DNA of 64,000 nucleotides from Octopus vulgaris (GCA_951406725.2 OX597823.1:34410001-34474000); one strand, 5' to 3'. Positions 26,181 through 39,555 are shown, numbered from the stretch's first letter. Program-made: numbers and translations. Notes: generated by a model from the sequence alone, not told the origin.

Positions 26181-27058
26181 TTCTTTAAGTTATGAAGTTA
26201 GTGCTATAAATGGATTGCACAATTATCACATGTATGTTGTATTCGATTGCAACATATTTTCCCTTTATTAACTGGGAATAAGGACATTATCACATCATTT
26301 TCACTTTGTTCATGCTTTGCTCGTATAATTGCATTCTGTTAGAATTTGAATAGAAATTTCTCTGCTGTTTCAGAGTTTCATTTGTTGTTTGTAACTTTCT
26401 CACTGGAAAGAGACCCTATACTGGGTACTAGGATTTGAACTCCCGTTCTTTCAGTTATCAGGCCAGTGCCATGAATGGACCATGCAATTATCATGAGTAC
26501 ACTTTATCAATCGACTGAATGGCAGCAGATTACGCCATAAGGTCTGATCAAAAGTGAACGTCCTCGAGATCTTCACACTTCTCTCTAGTTACAAGCAGTT
26601 TAGTGCCAAGAATCTTATCAGAGGTTGAGAGCAATCAAGGAACACACAGTTCACCTTTTGCCACAAACAATCCTGGCCAGAGCAGAGACTTAGCAAGACT
26701 TGGCAGACATATATCTTCTTGTCTTCATACCAAGAAAAGAGTAAAAACAGTTAAAGTTGTTCCTGTCTCAAGAGTAAGCCATTAAGGACTGTACAATGTA
26801 GTCACTATGAAAGTTGATCCCTCTAGGCTAAGTCTATAGTGAGTATCTGAAAATCTCTGTGTAAATACAGCAGAACCATTCCATAGATAAATGGATTAGA
26901 CAATGTTTCTTAGCTTTGTTCCCATTTTCAATACACACACCTCAACCTAATTTATAATAATCGTACATCAAAAGCATGGCAACACTGGTCAATAGCAACA
27001 CTTCGGGAGACATGTATGTATGTATGTATGTATGTATGTATGTATGTATGTATGTATG

Positions 27059-27092
<34 letters not shown>

Positions 27093-27112
27093 TGTGTCTG
27101 TCTATCTATTAA

Positions 27113-27189
<77 letters not shown>

Positions 27190-27243
27190 TCGCTGTGCTT
27201 GAGGAAACCTATTGAGTCAAGTACATGAACATCGAAATAAATA

Positions 27244-28533
27244 CGAGGGACGTTCAATAAGTAATGCCTCTGACCCACTTGCAGTTGTTTGATCTAGCTG
27301 AAATTTTGTATGTGCAATCATATATATCTCTATAGAGTAAGTGGCAAATTACAGCTCTGAATTAATTGTGGTTTCTGATTTACAGGTGTTTGAACCGAGT
27401 CAAGTGTGAAATGGAGCCTGTTGAGTGTCGAGCAGTGATCCGGTTTTTGTATTTGAAAGGACGCACACCACGGGAGACTTTTGATGAAATGAAAGTAACT
27501 TATGGTGATGATGCCCCATCATATGACCTTGTAAAACGCTGGCATCGTGAATTCAAACATGGTCGGAACTCTGTGGAAACAGCTCCCAGATCTGGTCGCC
27601 CCTTCTGCCATTGATGAGGCATCTGTCCATCAAGTTGAGGCTGCCATTTTGGAAGATCGACGCATAATTATTCGCCAAATAGCCCATGAGGTCAAGATTA
27701 GTACCGGGTCTGTGAAAACTATCATTCATGACCATTTGCATATGCAAAAGGTGTCTGCCAGATGGATTTCCAGGTTGCTCACTCCTTTCCAGAAGCAAGA
27801 ACGCGTCGAGTGCTCGAGGGTGAATTTGGAGATGTGCCAAGAAGATGAGTCAAAATTTTTCAAAAGACTGATTACACAGGATGAAACCTGGGTCCATCAC
27901 GATGATCCAGAGACCAAAGCCCAGTCAATGCAGTGGAAGCACCGTGACTCACCCCCTCCAAAGAAGGCAAGGGTGCAGCCCTCCGCTGGCAAGGTCATGC
28001 TCACAGTCTTCTGGGACCAGGACGGAGTAGTGATGACAGATTTCTTGGCAAAGGGTACCACAATTGCAGGAGCCTATTATGCTTCACTTTTGAGGAAATT
28101 AAGAGAAGTTATCAAAATCAAGAGGCGGGGCAAGATCAGCAAAGGCATCCTCCTCCTGCAGGACAATGCTCCGGTCCACAACTCGCTTGTCGCCAGATCA
28201 GAAGCACAGGCGTATGGCTATGAACTCTTCCCCCATCCCCCTACTTTCCTGACCTTGCACCCTCTGATTTTCACCTCTTCCCAGTCATGAAGTTGTTTTT
28301 GAAAGGAAAGCGTTTCCCAGATGATGCAGCCTTGATTTCTGAAGTCACGTTGAGGTTGGAGGACCAAGCTGGGGTCTTCTACAAAAACGGTCTCCAGAGC
28401 TGCATCAAACAATGGGAGAAATGCGTAACTCTGGGTGGTTCCTATGTAGAAAAAGACTAATAACTGTGCCAAGTTTCGTTGCTCTACTGCTATGGGAAGT
28501 GGGTCAGAGGCATTACTTATTGAACGCCCCTCG
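27244..28533 (+). mobile_element. full-length mariner transposon (~1.29 kb), nested in an RTE tail
   Basis: TIRs cgagggacgttcaataagtaatgcctctgaccc / gggtcagaggcattacttattgaacgcccctcg. TA on both sides (27242-27243 and 28534-28535). Confidence 0.95.
27411..28460 (+). pseudogene. mariner DD34D transposase, disrupted
   Basis: MEPVECRAVIRFL...RSGRP, WISRLL (WVPHEL-like), ITQDETWVHH, LQDNAPVH and YFPDLAPSDFHLF. Frameshifts near 27600 and 28240, and a stop near 28351. Confidence 0.92.
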
Positions 28534-28535
28534 TA

Positions 28536-29000
28536 TCAATGGAAATAGTAGTTGTGATACCTGTGTCGGTGGGACATAAAAAGCACCATCCGAATGTGGC
28601 CGATGACAGCGCCGCCTCGACTGGCTTCTGTGCCGGTGGCATATAAAAAGCACCATCCAAACGTGGCCAATGCCAGTGCTGCCTTGACTGGCTTCCGTTA
28701 AAAGCACCAACCGATCGTGGCTGATGCCAGACTCCCCTGACACCTGTGCCGGTGGCACGTAAAAAGCACCCACTACACTTGCGGAGTGGTTGGCGTTAGG
28801 AAGGGCATCCAGCTGTAGAAACACTGCCAGATCAGACTGGAGCCTGGTGCAGCCCCTGGCTTCCCAGACCCTGGTGCAGCCCCTGGCTTCCCAGACCCTG
28901 GTGCAGCCCCTGGCTTCCCAGACCCTGGTCAAACCGTCCAACCCGTGCTAGCACGGAAAACGGATGTTAAACGATGATGATGGTGATGATGATGATGATA
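28536..29000 (+). mobile_element. RTE 3' tail (continuation of 27195-27241)
   Basis: Tandem ggtggcacgtaaaaagcacc units, terminal segment with an internal triplication at ~28843-28928, and (GAT)n. Confidence 0.8.
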
Positions 29001-29039
29001 TGTATATATATATGTAATATTTACACAACTATTTTTTTA

Positions 29040-29430
29040 TTCTTTTATTTGTTTCATTCATTTGACTTCAGCTATGCTGGAGCACCACCTTTTACTCAAG
29101 CAAATCGACCCCAGGACTTATTCTTTGTAAGCCTAGTACTTATTCTATTGGTCTCTTTTGTGGAACCACCAGCATCGGTTGTCAAGCGATGTTGGGGGGA
29201 CAAACACACACACACACTCACACAACACACACACTCACACACACACACACACACACAAATATATGACAGGCTTCTTTCAGTTTCCATCTACCAAATCCAC
29301 TCACAAGGCTTTGGTCAGCCTGAGGCTATAGTAGAAGACACTTGCCCAAGGTGCCATGCAGTGGGACTGAACCTGGAACCATGTGGTTGGTAAGGAAGCT
29401 ACTTACCACACAGCCACTCCTGTACCTATA
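29040..29430 (-). mobile_element. SINE family A
   Basis: Colinear with 10750-11170. Confidence 0.85.
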
Positions 29431-31499
29431 ATGATGATCCCCCTAAAAACCATTTTAAAATCAGTTCCACTGCATCTATGTTGAAACAGTGATATCATTT
29501 TTCTCGCAAACTAATAATAATGATAATAGTCCTTTTCTATTTTAGGCTCAAGGCCTAAATTTTGAGGGAGGGGGCAAATTGATTACGTTAACCCCAGTGC
29601 GCAACTGGTTCTTATTGCATTGCCCTCTCCCCCCACCAAATGATGAAAGACAAAGTCAACTTCAGTGGAATCATCACCATCATCATCATTGTTTAACGTC
29701 TATTTCTATGCTAGCATGGCTTGGACGGTTTGACTGATATCTGGCAAACCAGGAGGCCGCACCAGACTCCCATCTGATGTGGAAAGATTGCTACAGCTGG
29801 ATGCCCTTCCAAATGCCAACCACTCTGAGAGTGCAGTGGGTGCCTTTTACATGCCACTGGCGCGGGGGCCAGTCAGGCGGGCCTGGCATCTATCAATAGA
29901 AATAATAATCCTCTCTACTAAAGGCACAAGGGCTGAAGTTGTGGGGAAGGAGACGAAGCAATTACATCGACCCCAGTGTTCAGCTGGTACTTATCTTATC
30001 AACCCCGAAAGGATGAAAAGCAAAGTCAGTATTGGTAGAATTTGAACTCAGAATGCAAAGAACCAAAACAAATGCCTTAAGACCATTTTCTGATGCTCAA
30101 ACAATTCTGCCAGCACAATGGAAACCAATCATCATAATAACCTTGTAAAAATGAAAGTGCACCTTACAAAGAACTGTACATCATGCAAAGCTGCACATTA
30201 TGCAGATATGTACCTCATGTCAAGATGCACCTAATATGTCTGCAAATTTAGTGCATTTATATTGGTAACTAATTGTATAATAAACAACCGTCTCTGATAG
30301 TTTAGTATTCATGAAGCTTTATCAACATCCACAGTAATTACACTAAATTACATAATTGTGGTTTGGTAAATAATCCTGAAAGGCTCTTCAGGTGCGCCTC
30401 AGGTGTGCCATAGGTGTGACTCAAATGCATTTTATCCAGTTGAACACAAAACACAGTCGATCTGATATACATGTAAATACTTGTAAATGCGTATCAGTAC
30501 AGGCGAACGCATATTGCTATGCCTGCTTAAGCAAGTGTGTATGTAAATATACACCTCTACATATGGATTATTACATTGTAAAATGGCGATTATGCCTTAT
30601 CGGACATTCTTATATTTCCGGTTGAAGTCTTTTGCCTGTTGGTTCAGCTATAATCTATAGATTAGTTTAATCAATAGATTGGTTAATTAGTGTTGCCATT
30701 GGGAATTATAAGTGGATGACAGATGCATCTCAGTGGGGGCCAAACCCTAACCCTTATCTCTATCACAGTTACTACAAGATTCAGTTCTAGCTCCAATATT
30801 GATTTTCTTATCTCTAGGACTCTACTTGAGTAAACTCATTTCAGATTATTTCTAGTACTAATTGGTCATGGGCAGATCATCCTCCCCCTCATCATCATCA
30901 TCCCCCTCATCATCATCGTCATCATCATCATCATTGTCATCATCATTGCTATTACTTAGTGTCTGTATTCTATGCTGGCATGGGTCAGATGGTTTGACAG
31001 CATCCAGCATGTCAGAGGAGAACATCAAGCTCCAATGTCTGTTTCCGCATGGCTTTTTTCTTTTCGGTTGGATGCCCTTTCTATTGCCAACCAACTTACT
31101 GAATATTCTTGGTGCTTTATTTCATTGCACTAGCTCTAGTGAGGTCAACAAGTAGCTTCCATGACAAGACTCTTTGATTGAGTGAGGCATAGAAGGCCCT
31201 GTGAAGCGAGAGGAATAGGAGAGCAAGGAATAGGAACAGGTGTCATGCTCTATTAAAGGGGAGAGATGGCTGCTCCGGCTGGAAAAGAAGCAAAGAAGAT
31301 GGTGTCGATGAGGTGTCAGGGTATACACCTCAGGGCACAAGAGGGTAAATGTGAGGGTAATGGAAACAGAGGATGTTGACTTTCAAGACATTTTAGCAAT
31401 GGACACATAGTGAAGATCTTCACATATATAGCCACAAATGAGTAAACTGAAATCTAAGTATATAATATCATCATCATCATCATCAGCATCATCATCGTC

Positions 31500-31940
31500 A
31501 TTGTCGTTTAACATCCACTTTCCATGCTGGCATGGGTTGGATGATTTAACTGGGGTCTGGCAAGCCAGTAGGCTGCACCAGGCTCCAGTCTGATCTGGCA
31601 AAGTTTCTACAGCTGGATGCCCTTCCTAACACCAACCACTCCGAGAGTGTAGTGGGTGCTTTTTACATGCCACCAGTACAGGGACCAGTCCGCTGGCACT
31701 GGCAACGACCAAACTCAAATGGTGCTTTTTGCATTTCACTGGCACGGAAGCCAGTCAGGCAGCACTGGCAACGATCATGCTTGAATGGTGCTTTTTACGT
31801 GCCACTGGCACAGGACCAGTCAGCCGCCACTGGCATCGACCATGCTCAAATGGTGCTTTTTACATGCCACTGGCATGGGGACCAGTCAGGTGGCACTGGC
31901 AATGATCACACTTGAGTGGTGCTTTTTACATGCCACCACT
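31500..31940 (-). mobile_element. RTE 3' tail with about five tandem units
   Basis: Repeated ggtgctttttacatgccac(tggc) units, with (CAT)n at the left end. Confidence 0.8.
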
Positions 31941-32224
31941 GCGTTATCAATCAGGTGGTACTATCATTGACCATTATACCTAACACATTCATATACACTT
32001 GGAAGTAGGGAGACTTTCAATGTGTAAATGATCTCAGAAGAAAGTTATCCCCATAGACAATACGTGTGAAAATATGTTGTGGACAGGTGTATTATCAAAG
32101 TCAGCTTAAGCTATATTTTAATATTAAACATATGCAGAAGAATACAGTTCTATATTTAAGAGATGAGGAATTATTTACATTATTTACATTTGACAGATAT
32201 TTGTCCTCATCTTGTTTGTTGTTA

Positions 32225-32268
32225 ACACAATGTTTCAGCTGATATACCCTCCAGCCTTCATAAGGTGT
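32225..32268 (-). ncRNA. degenerate minimal hammerhead (left arm)
   Basis: Minus strand reads acac-CTTATGA-a-ggctg gagggtatat cagct-GAAA-ca-TT-gtgt. Confidence 0.65.
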
Positions 32269-32349
32269 CTTGGGGAAATTTTGAACCTGGGTTCTCATTC
32301 CTAAGGTATTTTTCCAATGTAATTATTATTATTATTATTATTATACCCA

Positions 32350-32425
32350 CAGGCATATGGCGTAGTGGTTAACAGCGTGGGCTACTAACCCCAAGATTCC
32401 AAGTTCGATTCCAGGCAGTGGCCTG
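32350..32425 (+). promoter_or_regulatory. tRNA-derived Pol III internal promoter (SINE head)
   Basis: A box TGGCGTAGTGG at 32358-32368 and B box GTTCGATTCC at 32403-32412. Anticodon-like arm between them. caggc/gcctg closing stem. Confidence 0.8.
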
Positions 32426-32528
32426 AATAGTAGTAGTAGTAGTAGTAGTAGTAGTAATAACAATAATATTTATAATAACATTGACAAATACCTTAGGAAT
32501 GGGAACCCAGGTTCGAAATTTCCCCAAG

Positions 32529-32572
32529 ACACCTGAAGAAAACTGGAGGGTATATCAGCCGAAACGTTGAGT
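32529..32572 (+). ncRNA. minimal hammerhead with canonical core (right arm)
   Basis: acac-CTGAAGA-a-aactg gagggtatat cagcc-GAAA-cg-TT-gagt. Stems carry point mutations that are intact in the left arm. Confidence 0.7.
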
Positions 32573-33048
32573 TAACAACAAACAAGATGAGGACAAATAT
32601 TCGTCAAATGTAAATAATGTAAATAATGTAAATAATATATACAGAATCACTCCGAATATCTAGCTATAATCAGAGTGGAGTTTAATGTTTCAGATGAGCT
32701 CAAGACAATCAGGTAACAACAGAAGCAGTTGATTGTCCAGTATTTAGGGACTAATCTTAACATTCTGAGTTTCAAATCTGGCAAGTTCAAGTTCCACTTG
32801 GTTGTTCATAGCCGCAGGGTCCACTAAAGTAATGCTTATATGCTGTAAACAACCCATGTGCTCAGCCTGTAGAAAGCAAGATGTGTGCAAGTCTATTACA
32901 TCAACCCCAGTAGTCAACTGGTACTTATTTTAATGAGCTCAAAAATGTCAATAAATCAAGCACCAGTTGAGAATGAAAGGTAAAGTCAACCTCGACAGAA
33001 TTTGAACTTAAAATGTAAAGATAGATGCAAAGCTGCCGGGACGACGAC

Positions 33049-33078
<30 letters not shown>

Positions 33079-33081
<3 letters not shown>

Positions 33082-33193
33082 AGACCAGACATCATATTGA
33101 AAGACTTCAGACAAAAATCATGCCTCCTCATTGATATGACTGTCCCAATTGACATAAATGTATCTGTCAAGACCTACCAAAAAATGAGCAAGT
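33079..33193 (+). mobile_element. RLE-type non-LTR retrotransposon fragment (R4/Dong-like)
   Basis: RPDIILKDFRQKSCLLIDMTVPIDINV...KMSKY is a PD..D restriction-like endonuclease motif. Confidence 0.75.
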
Positions 33194-33214
33194 ATACATA
33201 CATACATACATACA

Positions 33215-33247
<33 letters not shown>

Positions 33248-33249
33248 GT

Positions 33250-33425
33250 TGAACCATTAATCCCTACGTATTTTTTTCTCTCTCCATTTTTTTCCTCTCA
33301 ATCCTTTCTATCAAAGAGCCTAGGCTCAAAACATCAAAGACTTCTCCATTTCTCCCCAGGTGTTAAACTAATACACCTGCTCATTCCCTCACCTGTCTTC
33401 ATCTTTTGTTTTCTGTAAATTTGAG
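33250..33425 (+). mobile_element. hammerhead-like family E copy (decayed)
   Basis: cttt-ctatcaa-a-gagc ctag gctc-aaaa-ca-tc-aaag at 33304-33339. Similar to the copies at 41320 and 55893. Confidence 0.6.
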
Positions 33426-34098
33426 AACATAATTTCTCTCAAGTGGTGGTACTACAAAAGCACATCTGGGACACTCTGTAAAGCGGTAGATATTAGAAAG
33501 GGCATCTAACTATAAAAACCAAGCTGAACACTCAACGTCAAACACGGGAAACAGGTGAAAAGGAAATTTTTTTCCAAAAAACAAAGATATCAATCTTCAG
33601 GAATATAAGATGGCACAAATGGAGATGAACTTAGAGCCACTGTTCTTCAGATATAAAAAAGATAAACAGACAAAATTCTGTACCTCTGGTGCCACAGAAC
33701 TGCCCCACTTCCCCCGGTAGTTAGAATGATACAAATATAGCTAGATTCAGAATATAAACAACACACAAAAAATAAATTACTTGTAAAATTAAAATTAAGA
33801 CATTGTACCTAACTTAAAAAAGAATGTTTCAAAAAATACCTACTGGTGCTTTCAGTTACACTTAAATACAATTTAAGAAATGATTAAGTGAACAGACTCA
33901 TGGTGTTTCCAAACTAAACCTGGTCAGAAAAACTTCCATGTTTTATTTTTAAAATTTATATCTTGTTTTAATTACTGGGTTTTATATATTTCCAAGCAAA
34001 TATGGGTGTGTGTGTGAGTGAGTGAGTATATATATATATGTATGTGTGTATGTGTGTGTATGTACATACACACACACATATATATATACATATATATG

Positions 34099-34150
<52 letters not shown>

Positions 34151-34542
34151 TACACACATATATATATATACATATATATATATGTATATAAATATAGGCA
34201 TGCATGTGTGTGGTGGTGGAGGGGTTCGTGTTTGTGTACCTTCAAAATTCTTAATAAATCCTTCCATATATTTGTATGACATCTCTTCGTCCCCTGTCCC
34301 CTTTGGAATTTGTAAACTTCTTTTTCCCACTCCACATTATCCGTTCTTTGACAGAAAGGAATACAGAAATAAACAGGGAGAGAAAATAGAAAAGGTTTGA
34401 TGTTATTCTCAGATCCTGTCAAGCACTCGCGCTCATGCCAGTCAGATCCTATCAAACCATCCAACCCATGCCAGCATGGACTGTAGGTATTAAATGATGC
34501 TGATGATGATGATGATGATGATGATGTATGTATGTATGTATG

Positions 34543-34573
<31 letters not shown>

Positions 34574-34848
34574 TGTAGGTCGGTAGGTGAGTAATGTCGG
34601 TTGATGGGTAAGTGTGTATGTTTGTGTGTCTGTTGCTGCATATCTGTTTCTATAGATGTGTGTTGAAGTGTGTCTCTGTGTCAAGCTGAACCAGTGTGTT
34701 GTCAAAGCAATTTTATCGGTTGCTAGAATATACACATTGAAGTTTGTATATTCAGCAGAAGCATGCATGATTGAGCAGGATGTGTGCAAATGTTTTATAA
34801 CAGTGTTGGAGGTAATGAAAAATGCATGGACATAGAAAAGAAAATTAA

Positions 34849-34880
<32 letters not shown>

Positions 34881-35734
34881 TGAGAGAGAGAGAGGGAGAA
34901 GAGAAAGCTGTGTGAAGAGAGAGAGGAGGTTAAGAGAGAAATATAAAGAGAGATTTAAAGGGAAGAAGACAGAGTGAAGGAGAGAGAGAGAAAGAGAAAG
35001 TGAGAGTGAGAGAGAGGGGGAGGCTGATGGGATTCTCTAATGATATAAATGTCTTAAGAGAAGTGAACTGTATTGTTTCACTGTGGAATCTTCTTTCCCT
35101 GAGCAGTTGTGACACCATTCAGTCTCCTCGTGTCCATCATCCATCAACAGTGAAATACTAACGAAGAGGATATATCTACAACATAAGTATCAAGATCAAT
35201 TTCAAGAAGTTTAATATCTATCTTAGTAAGATTCAAGACCTGGTTATAGAAAGCGGCCCTTCCAGTGCTTTCAGTCAGGAGATATTTCATTCTTCTGGGA
35301 AGACAAGATTGCCTCAGTGCTATGTTTTATGGAATGAAGGTAACATTCTAAGATGCTGCTGTTGTTGTTGTTGTTATTGTTTGTTACTTTTTCTAATGTA
35401 CAGGCACAACACACATGCACACGTGCATACATATACACTCACACACACAGACATGCACACTCACACACTCTCACACACACACACACACAATCTTTCTCTC
35501 TCTCTCTCTCACACACACACACTCACACGCACTCACACACACACACACACACACTCGCCCACAAATGTACATATACATATAAACATACAGTTATCCAGGG
35601 TGACCAGGAAATTTCACCATGGAAAATTCCACTAGGTAAATTTCACTATAGGTAAATTCCACCACGGTGTACTCCACTATAGTAAATTTCACCATAGGTG
35701 AAATTATCATCATCATCATCATCATCATTATCAC

Positions 35735-35808
<74 letters not shown>

Positions 35809-36904
35809 GGGTTACGATATTATGGAAATAAAAAAAGGATACATAAAGCATAATATCAATAATGTCAATGAGTACAAAAGATACGAGGGAGAAAAAATAA
35901 TTAAGGAACAATTACAGAAAGAAATACATGGTGAATTCTTTAAACACCTGAATGAAGAAGCAGTATCAAAAAGATACTCATTGAAATTTATAAAACAAAG
36001 CAAATAGAGACTCGAACATTGCTTAAAAAATAATTTTCATTTTTAACCTCGTATATAGAACGCTGTAGAGATTTTGTAAAATACGCACTAGGGATTTTAT
36101 ATTCTGATCCCCAATCCTTGTGAGCATGCCCTGGCACTTCACCATCATCTCTCTCCTGCTCCCTTGCACTCTTGCTCTCTCCCACTCTCCCTCTTTCTCT
36201 TGCTCTCTTCCACTCTCTTACTGACCTCAGTCTTGATCACTCTTTCTCACCCTCTCTCTCTCTCACCATGTATCTCCTCTTCAGCAAGATACCTATTTCT
36301 GTCTCTCTGTCACACTCTAACATTTCATCATCTGGCACAAGATCATCTCCAGTACCACATCCTCTCTCAAAGGTTCTTTGTCTTGCAAATTACTTGGTGA
36401 CCCTGCCAGTGCTGGTGCCACATAAAAAGCATTGAGTCTAAACTATGAAGTGGTTGACATTTGGAAGGGTATCCAACTGTAAAAACCATGGCAAAACTGA
36501 CTTTTTCTATGCTGGTGCCATGTAAAAAGCACTCAGTCAACTCCATGGAGTGAGTAAAGCTTGATGTAGTCTTCTGCTGAGCCAACCCCTGTCAAACTGG
36601 CCAACCCATGCCAGCATGAAAAGCAGACACTAAATGTTGATGATAATGATGATAATGATGAGGATGATGATTATGATGATGATGATATATATATATATAT
36701 GTATGTATGCATGTATGCAAAGTTATCTAAAATCCATACATCAGAAAGAATAAGCACTCATATATTTATCGATAGAGTGAGAATGTTAATCAAAGTATAC
36801 AGTATTATTGATCCATTTCAGCTGATCTTACCAAGTGGTTTCACACAGTGTGAAGCCATTTGTTAAGATCAGCTATAATGGATCTATAATACTGCATACT
36901 ATGA

Positions 36905-36939
<35 letters not shown>

Positions 36940-37159
36940 ATATACATGGTTACAGGCAAACATTTATTTCTATTTACATGTGCACATGTATGCATGCGTC
37001 AATGCATAATGCATACCCTATTCATGTTGTCAATAGATTCTAACGAAAGAGCATTGATTCTGGGCTAGAAATATTTTCTTTTTTTTTCACATTGGTGAGA
37101 CAACAAAAGAAAATAAATATGAAAATTACCTACCTACCCACATGTATACATACATACAT

Positions 37160-37855
37160 GATGGCTGCCCCCTCGTTATCGAGTATGGCCATTGCACGAA
37201 GCTTAACTGTAATTGGTGCTGTGATCGAATGTGACTTTTTAGCCCAGTTAAAGATCTACAATGTCTTGTACAGAATTGGCAGCTAAAACCTTTACCGGTA
37301 ATAGCCGGCTGTAGTTGTAACTGGGTTTCATGTACCTTTGCATGTCATTTAAGTCCTCCTGCCGAATTACACTCTCTTCCACATGCCCGACAGATATGAT
37401 TAGTATGGTGTGTAACACCACCACCAGTGGTCAGATTGTCACTCATCTATCTCACTTTATGACTACGAAGATGACTCTTGAGTCCAGCTGTACTGAGGCA
37501 GGGTCTTGCACAGACACTGCATGTCAGCATCATAGGAAAACCCTTCCCATCTGGAAGTGTAACAGCGATGCCCTTCCTGATATCCCTTCTTACTTTCTCA
37601 TGCGCAACTCGAGATTTCTCAAAAGTAGCTGTCCCCTCATGCACAATCCTTCTCCACCTGCTACGATCAATAGCTATGCCCTCCCATGTGTCAGGAGAGA
37701 TGCAAGCATCTCTCAAGGAAGCTTTCAGCAAGTCCTTATACCTCTTTTTTGGTTTATGTGGAGGTCGTTCTCCTTTAGCTAACTCTCCATAAAAGAGTTG
37801 TTTTGGCTTTCTTGAATCCTTCATCCTGACCAGATCACCACTCCATCTGAGCCTT
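37160..37855 (-). mobile_element. RTE (BovB-like) LINE 3' fragment
   Basis: LRWSG..VRMKDSRKPKQLFYGEL...KRYKDLLK...WEGIAIDRSRWR, followed by a C2H2 finger CSVC...LKSHLRSH. Confidence 0.88.
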
Positions 37856-38162
37856 TGCTTTTACATACATACATACACACACACATACACACACATGCAT
37901 ATCTGCATACATACCTATCTACATTTCAACATACATACATACATACCTACGTACATACACACATACATCAATGCACGTGTCTGTGTACACACATGCATAT
38001 ATATATATATAGCTGTAGAAACTCTGCCAGGTCAGGTTGGAGCCTGGTGCAGCCATCTGATTCGCCTGTCCCCAGTCCAATCGTCCAACTCATGCTAGCA
38101 TGGAAAGCAGACGTTAAACGATGATGATGGTGATGATGATGATTATATATATATATATATAT

Positions 38163-38195
38163 ACTAGCAGAGATACCCAGCGTTGCCCGTGTTAC
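38163..38195 (-). mobile_element. Helitron-like 3' end
   Basis: Minus strand: hairpin cgggcaacgctgg followed by CTAG|T at a (TA)n. Confidence 0.55.
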
Positions 38196-38989
38196 ATGCA
38201 ATTGAAGAATTAGACTTTTCTGTAATGAACTGTAATATCTATGTTTCGAATTTCATCAAAATTGCTGATGAGAGTTATTTTCCTCTTTACAAACCCTAAA
38301 AATATTGTAATCGTGCCACATGTATCCCATACTACTGATTTTTATGCGCATATTCCAAAATTCCAGTCTTATTGAACCTGTTAAAAAGATTTTGCTCCTG
38401 AAAAATGAAGGTCATGGAGCTCTAAAATGTGAGAGTTAAGGCCCCTGTTGGGAGTGGGCATCTTAATGTCAACCAGAGAAGTTTAATTGTTGAGAATCTT
38501 TTTAACTTGGGTCCTATATCTATTGTTTGAATTTCTTTGAAATAGGAAATATATGTTCACTGGGTTTGTAAAAGAGAGCAAAGCTACAGGAAACCAAAAG
38601 ATGAATGATCACAATAAAAAGTCAGCTACCCTACCCTAGTCGTTACCACTCCCAATGTAGGATTCCTCACCATCCAGGTGACAGGCACAGCCATAACATG
38701 CATTACGAATCTATAGCAATTGGAAGGGTGTGACCCAACTGAAATAAACATAAACAATTGTATGACGTGAGGGCTAAGAAGAAATGAAAGTGTCACCTCT
38801 GGAGTTTGCAAATTACCCCTATACTGATATGGAACTGGACAGAATAAATTTAAAATCTGTAAATGTCTTTGAATAACCAGTCACTCATCTGGGAAGGCCT
38901 TGAAATCAATGTTACCATCTTGGAACTATGTGTGACCCAATGATAATAAAATGACTGAAAGGAGGTCTGCAATCAAATAACTTTACTCA

Positions 38990-39555
38990 ATACCTTGCAA
39001 CTGAATCACCTTCTTCATTTTCCATAGCCGGGCTATTTCGTATTTAAGAGGGTTGTGTCTATCCATTTTCTTCACTTCATTCTTGACTATTCATGGGTCA
39101 AAGGGGCATGCAACATCAACTATACTGTACATATGATGCTGCTTGTCCACCACCACTAGGGCCAGTCTGTTATGCTTTAGCACCTGATCTGTTTGGATTG
39201 AGAAATCCCAGAAGATTTTACTAGTCTCTGACTCCGCCATCCTCTGCAATTTGTGCTCATACCACATCTTACCTCTGTCTAGTCTCCACTTTTTGCACAG
39301 TTTCCAATGGAGCACTTTCACTACCTGGTCATGTTGCTACAACTTGTAGTGGTTTGGGGCAAGTCCAGAGTATTCGTTTGTGATATGGGCAATGGTTTCA
39401 TCCACTCTATTGCAGATGTGGCACAGCAGAGACACTTGTTCATTGCTAAGGCTGATCCCTCCCCAGTTCGTGGCCAAAGTTTGGTCTTGCATTGCCAGTA
39501 TATAATGCTCTCGGTCTCTTTTTTTTAGGGTTCCTTTCATCAGCCAACCCCCACC
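38990..39555 (-). mobile_element. R4/Dong-like RLE retrotransposon fragment
   Basis: GWLMKGTLKK..QDQTLATN..CHIC....ETIAHI, then LHWKLCKKW..WYEH..IFWDFSIQTD..IVDVACPFD. Frameshifted. Confidence 0.8.

Larger units (their letters stand above)
32143..32636. mobile_element. foldback element 6: inverted hammerhead tail / tRNA-like head / hammerhead tail
   Basis: ~32170-32320 is inverted relative to ~32478-32636. Left tail at 32143-32170. Pol III head in the loop. Confidence 0.88.

Noticed and set aside
32350-32425. Functional tRNA gene
   Set aside because: Acceptor and T stems are imperfect, there is no oligo-T terminator, and it is embedded in a repeat; treated as a SINE head.
35227-35339. Possible exon KIQDLVIESG...VLWNE ending at AG|GTAACA
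   Set aside because: No recognisable homology and phase not reconcilable with the other candidates.
38671-38738. Possible minus-strand 68-nt exon with good splice sites
   Set aside because: Isolated; no partner exons or homology.
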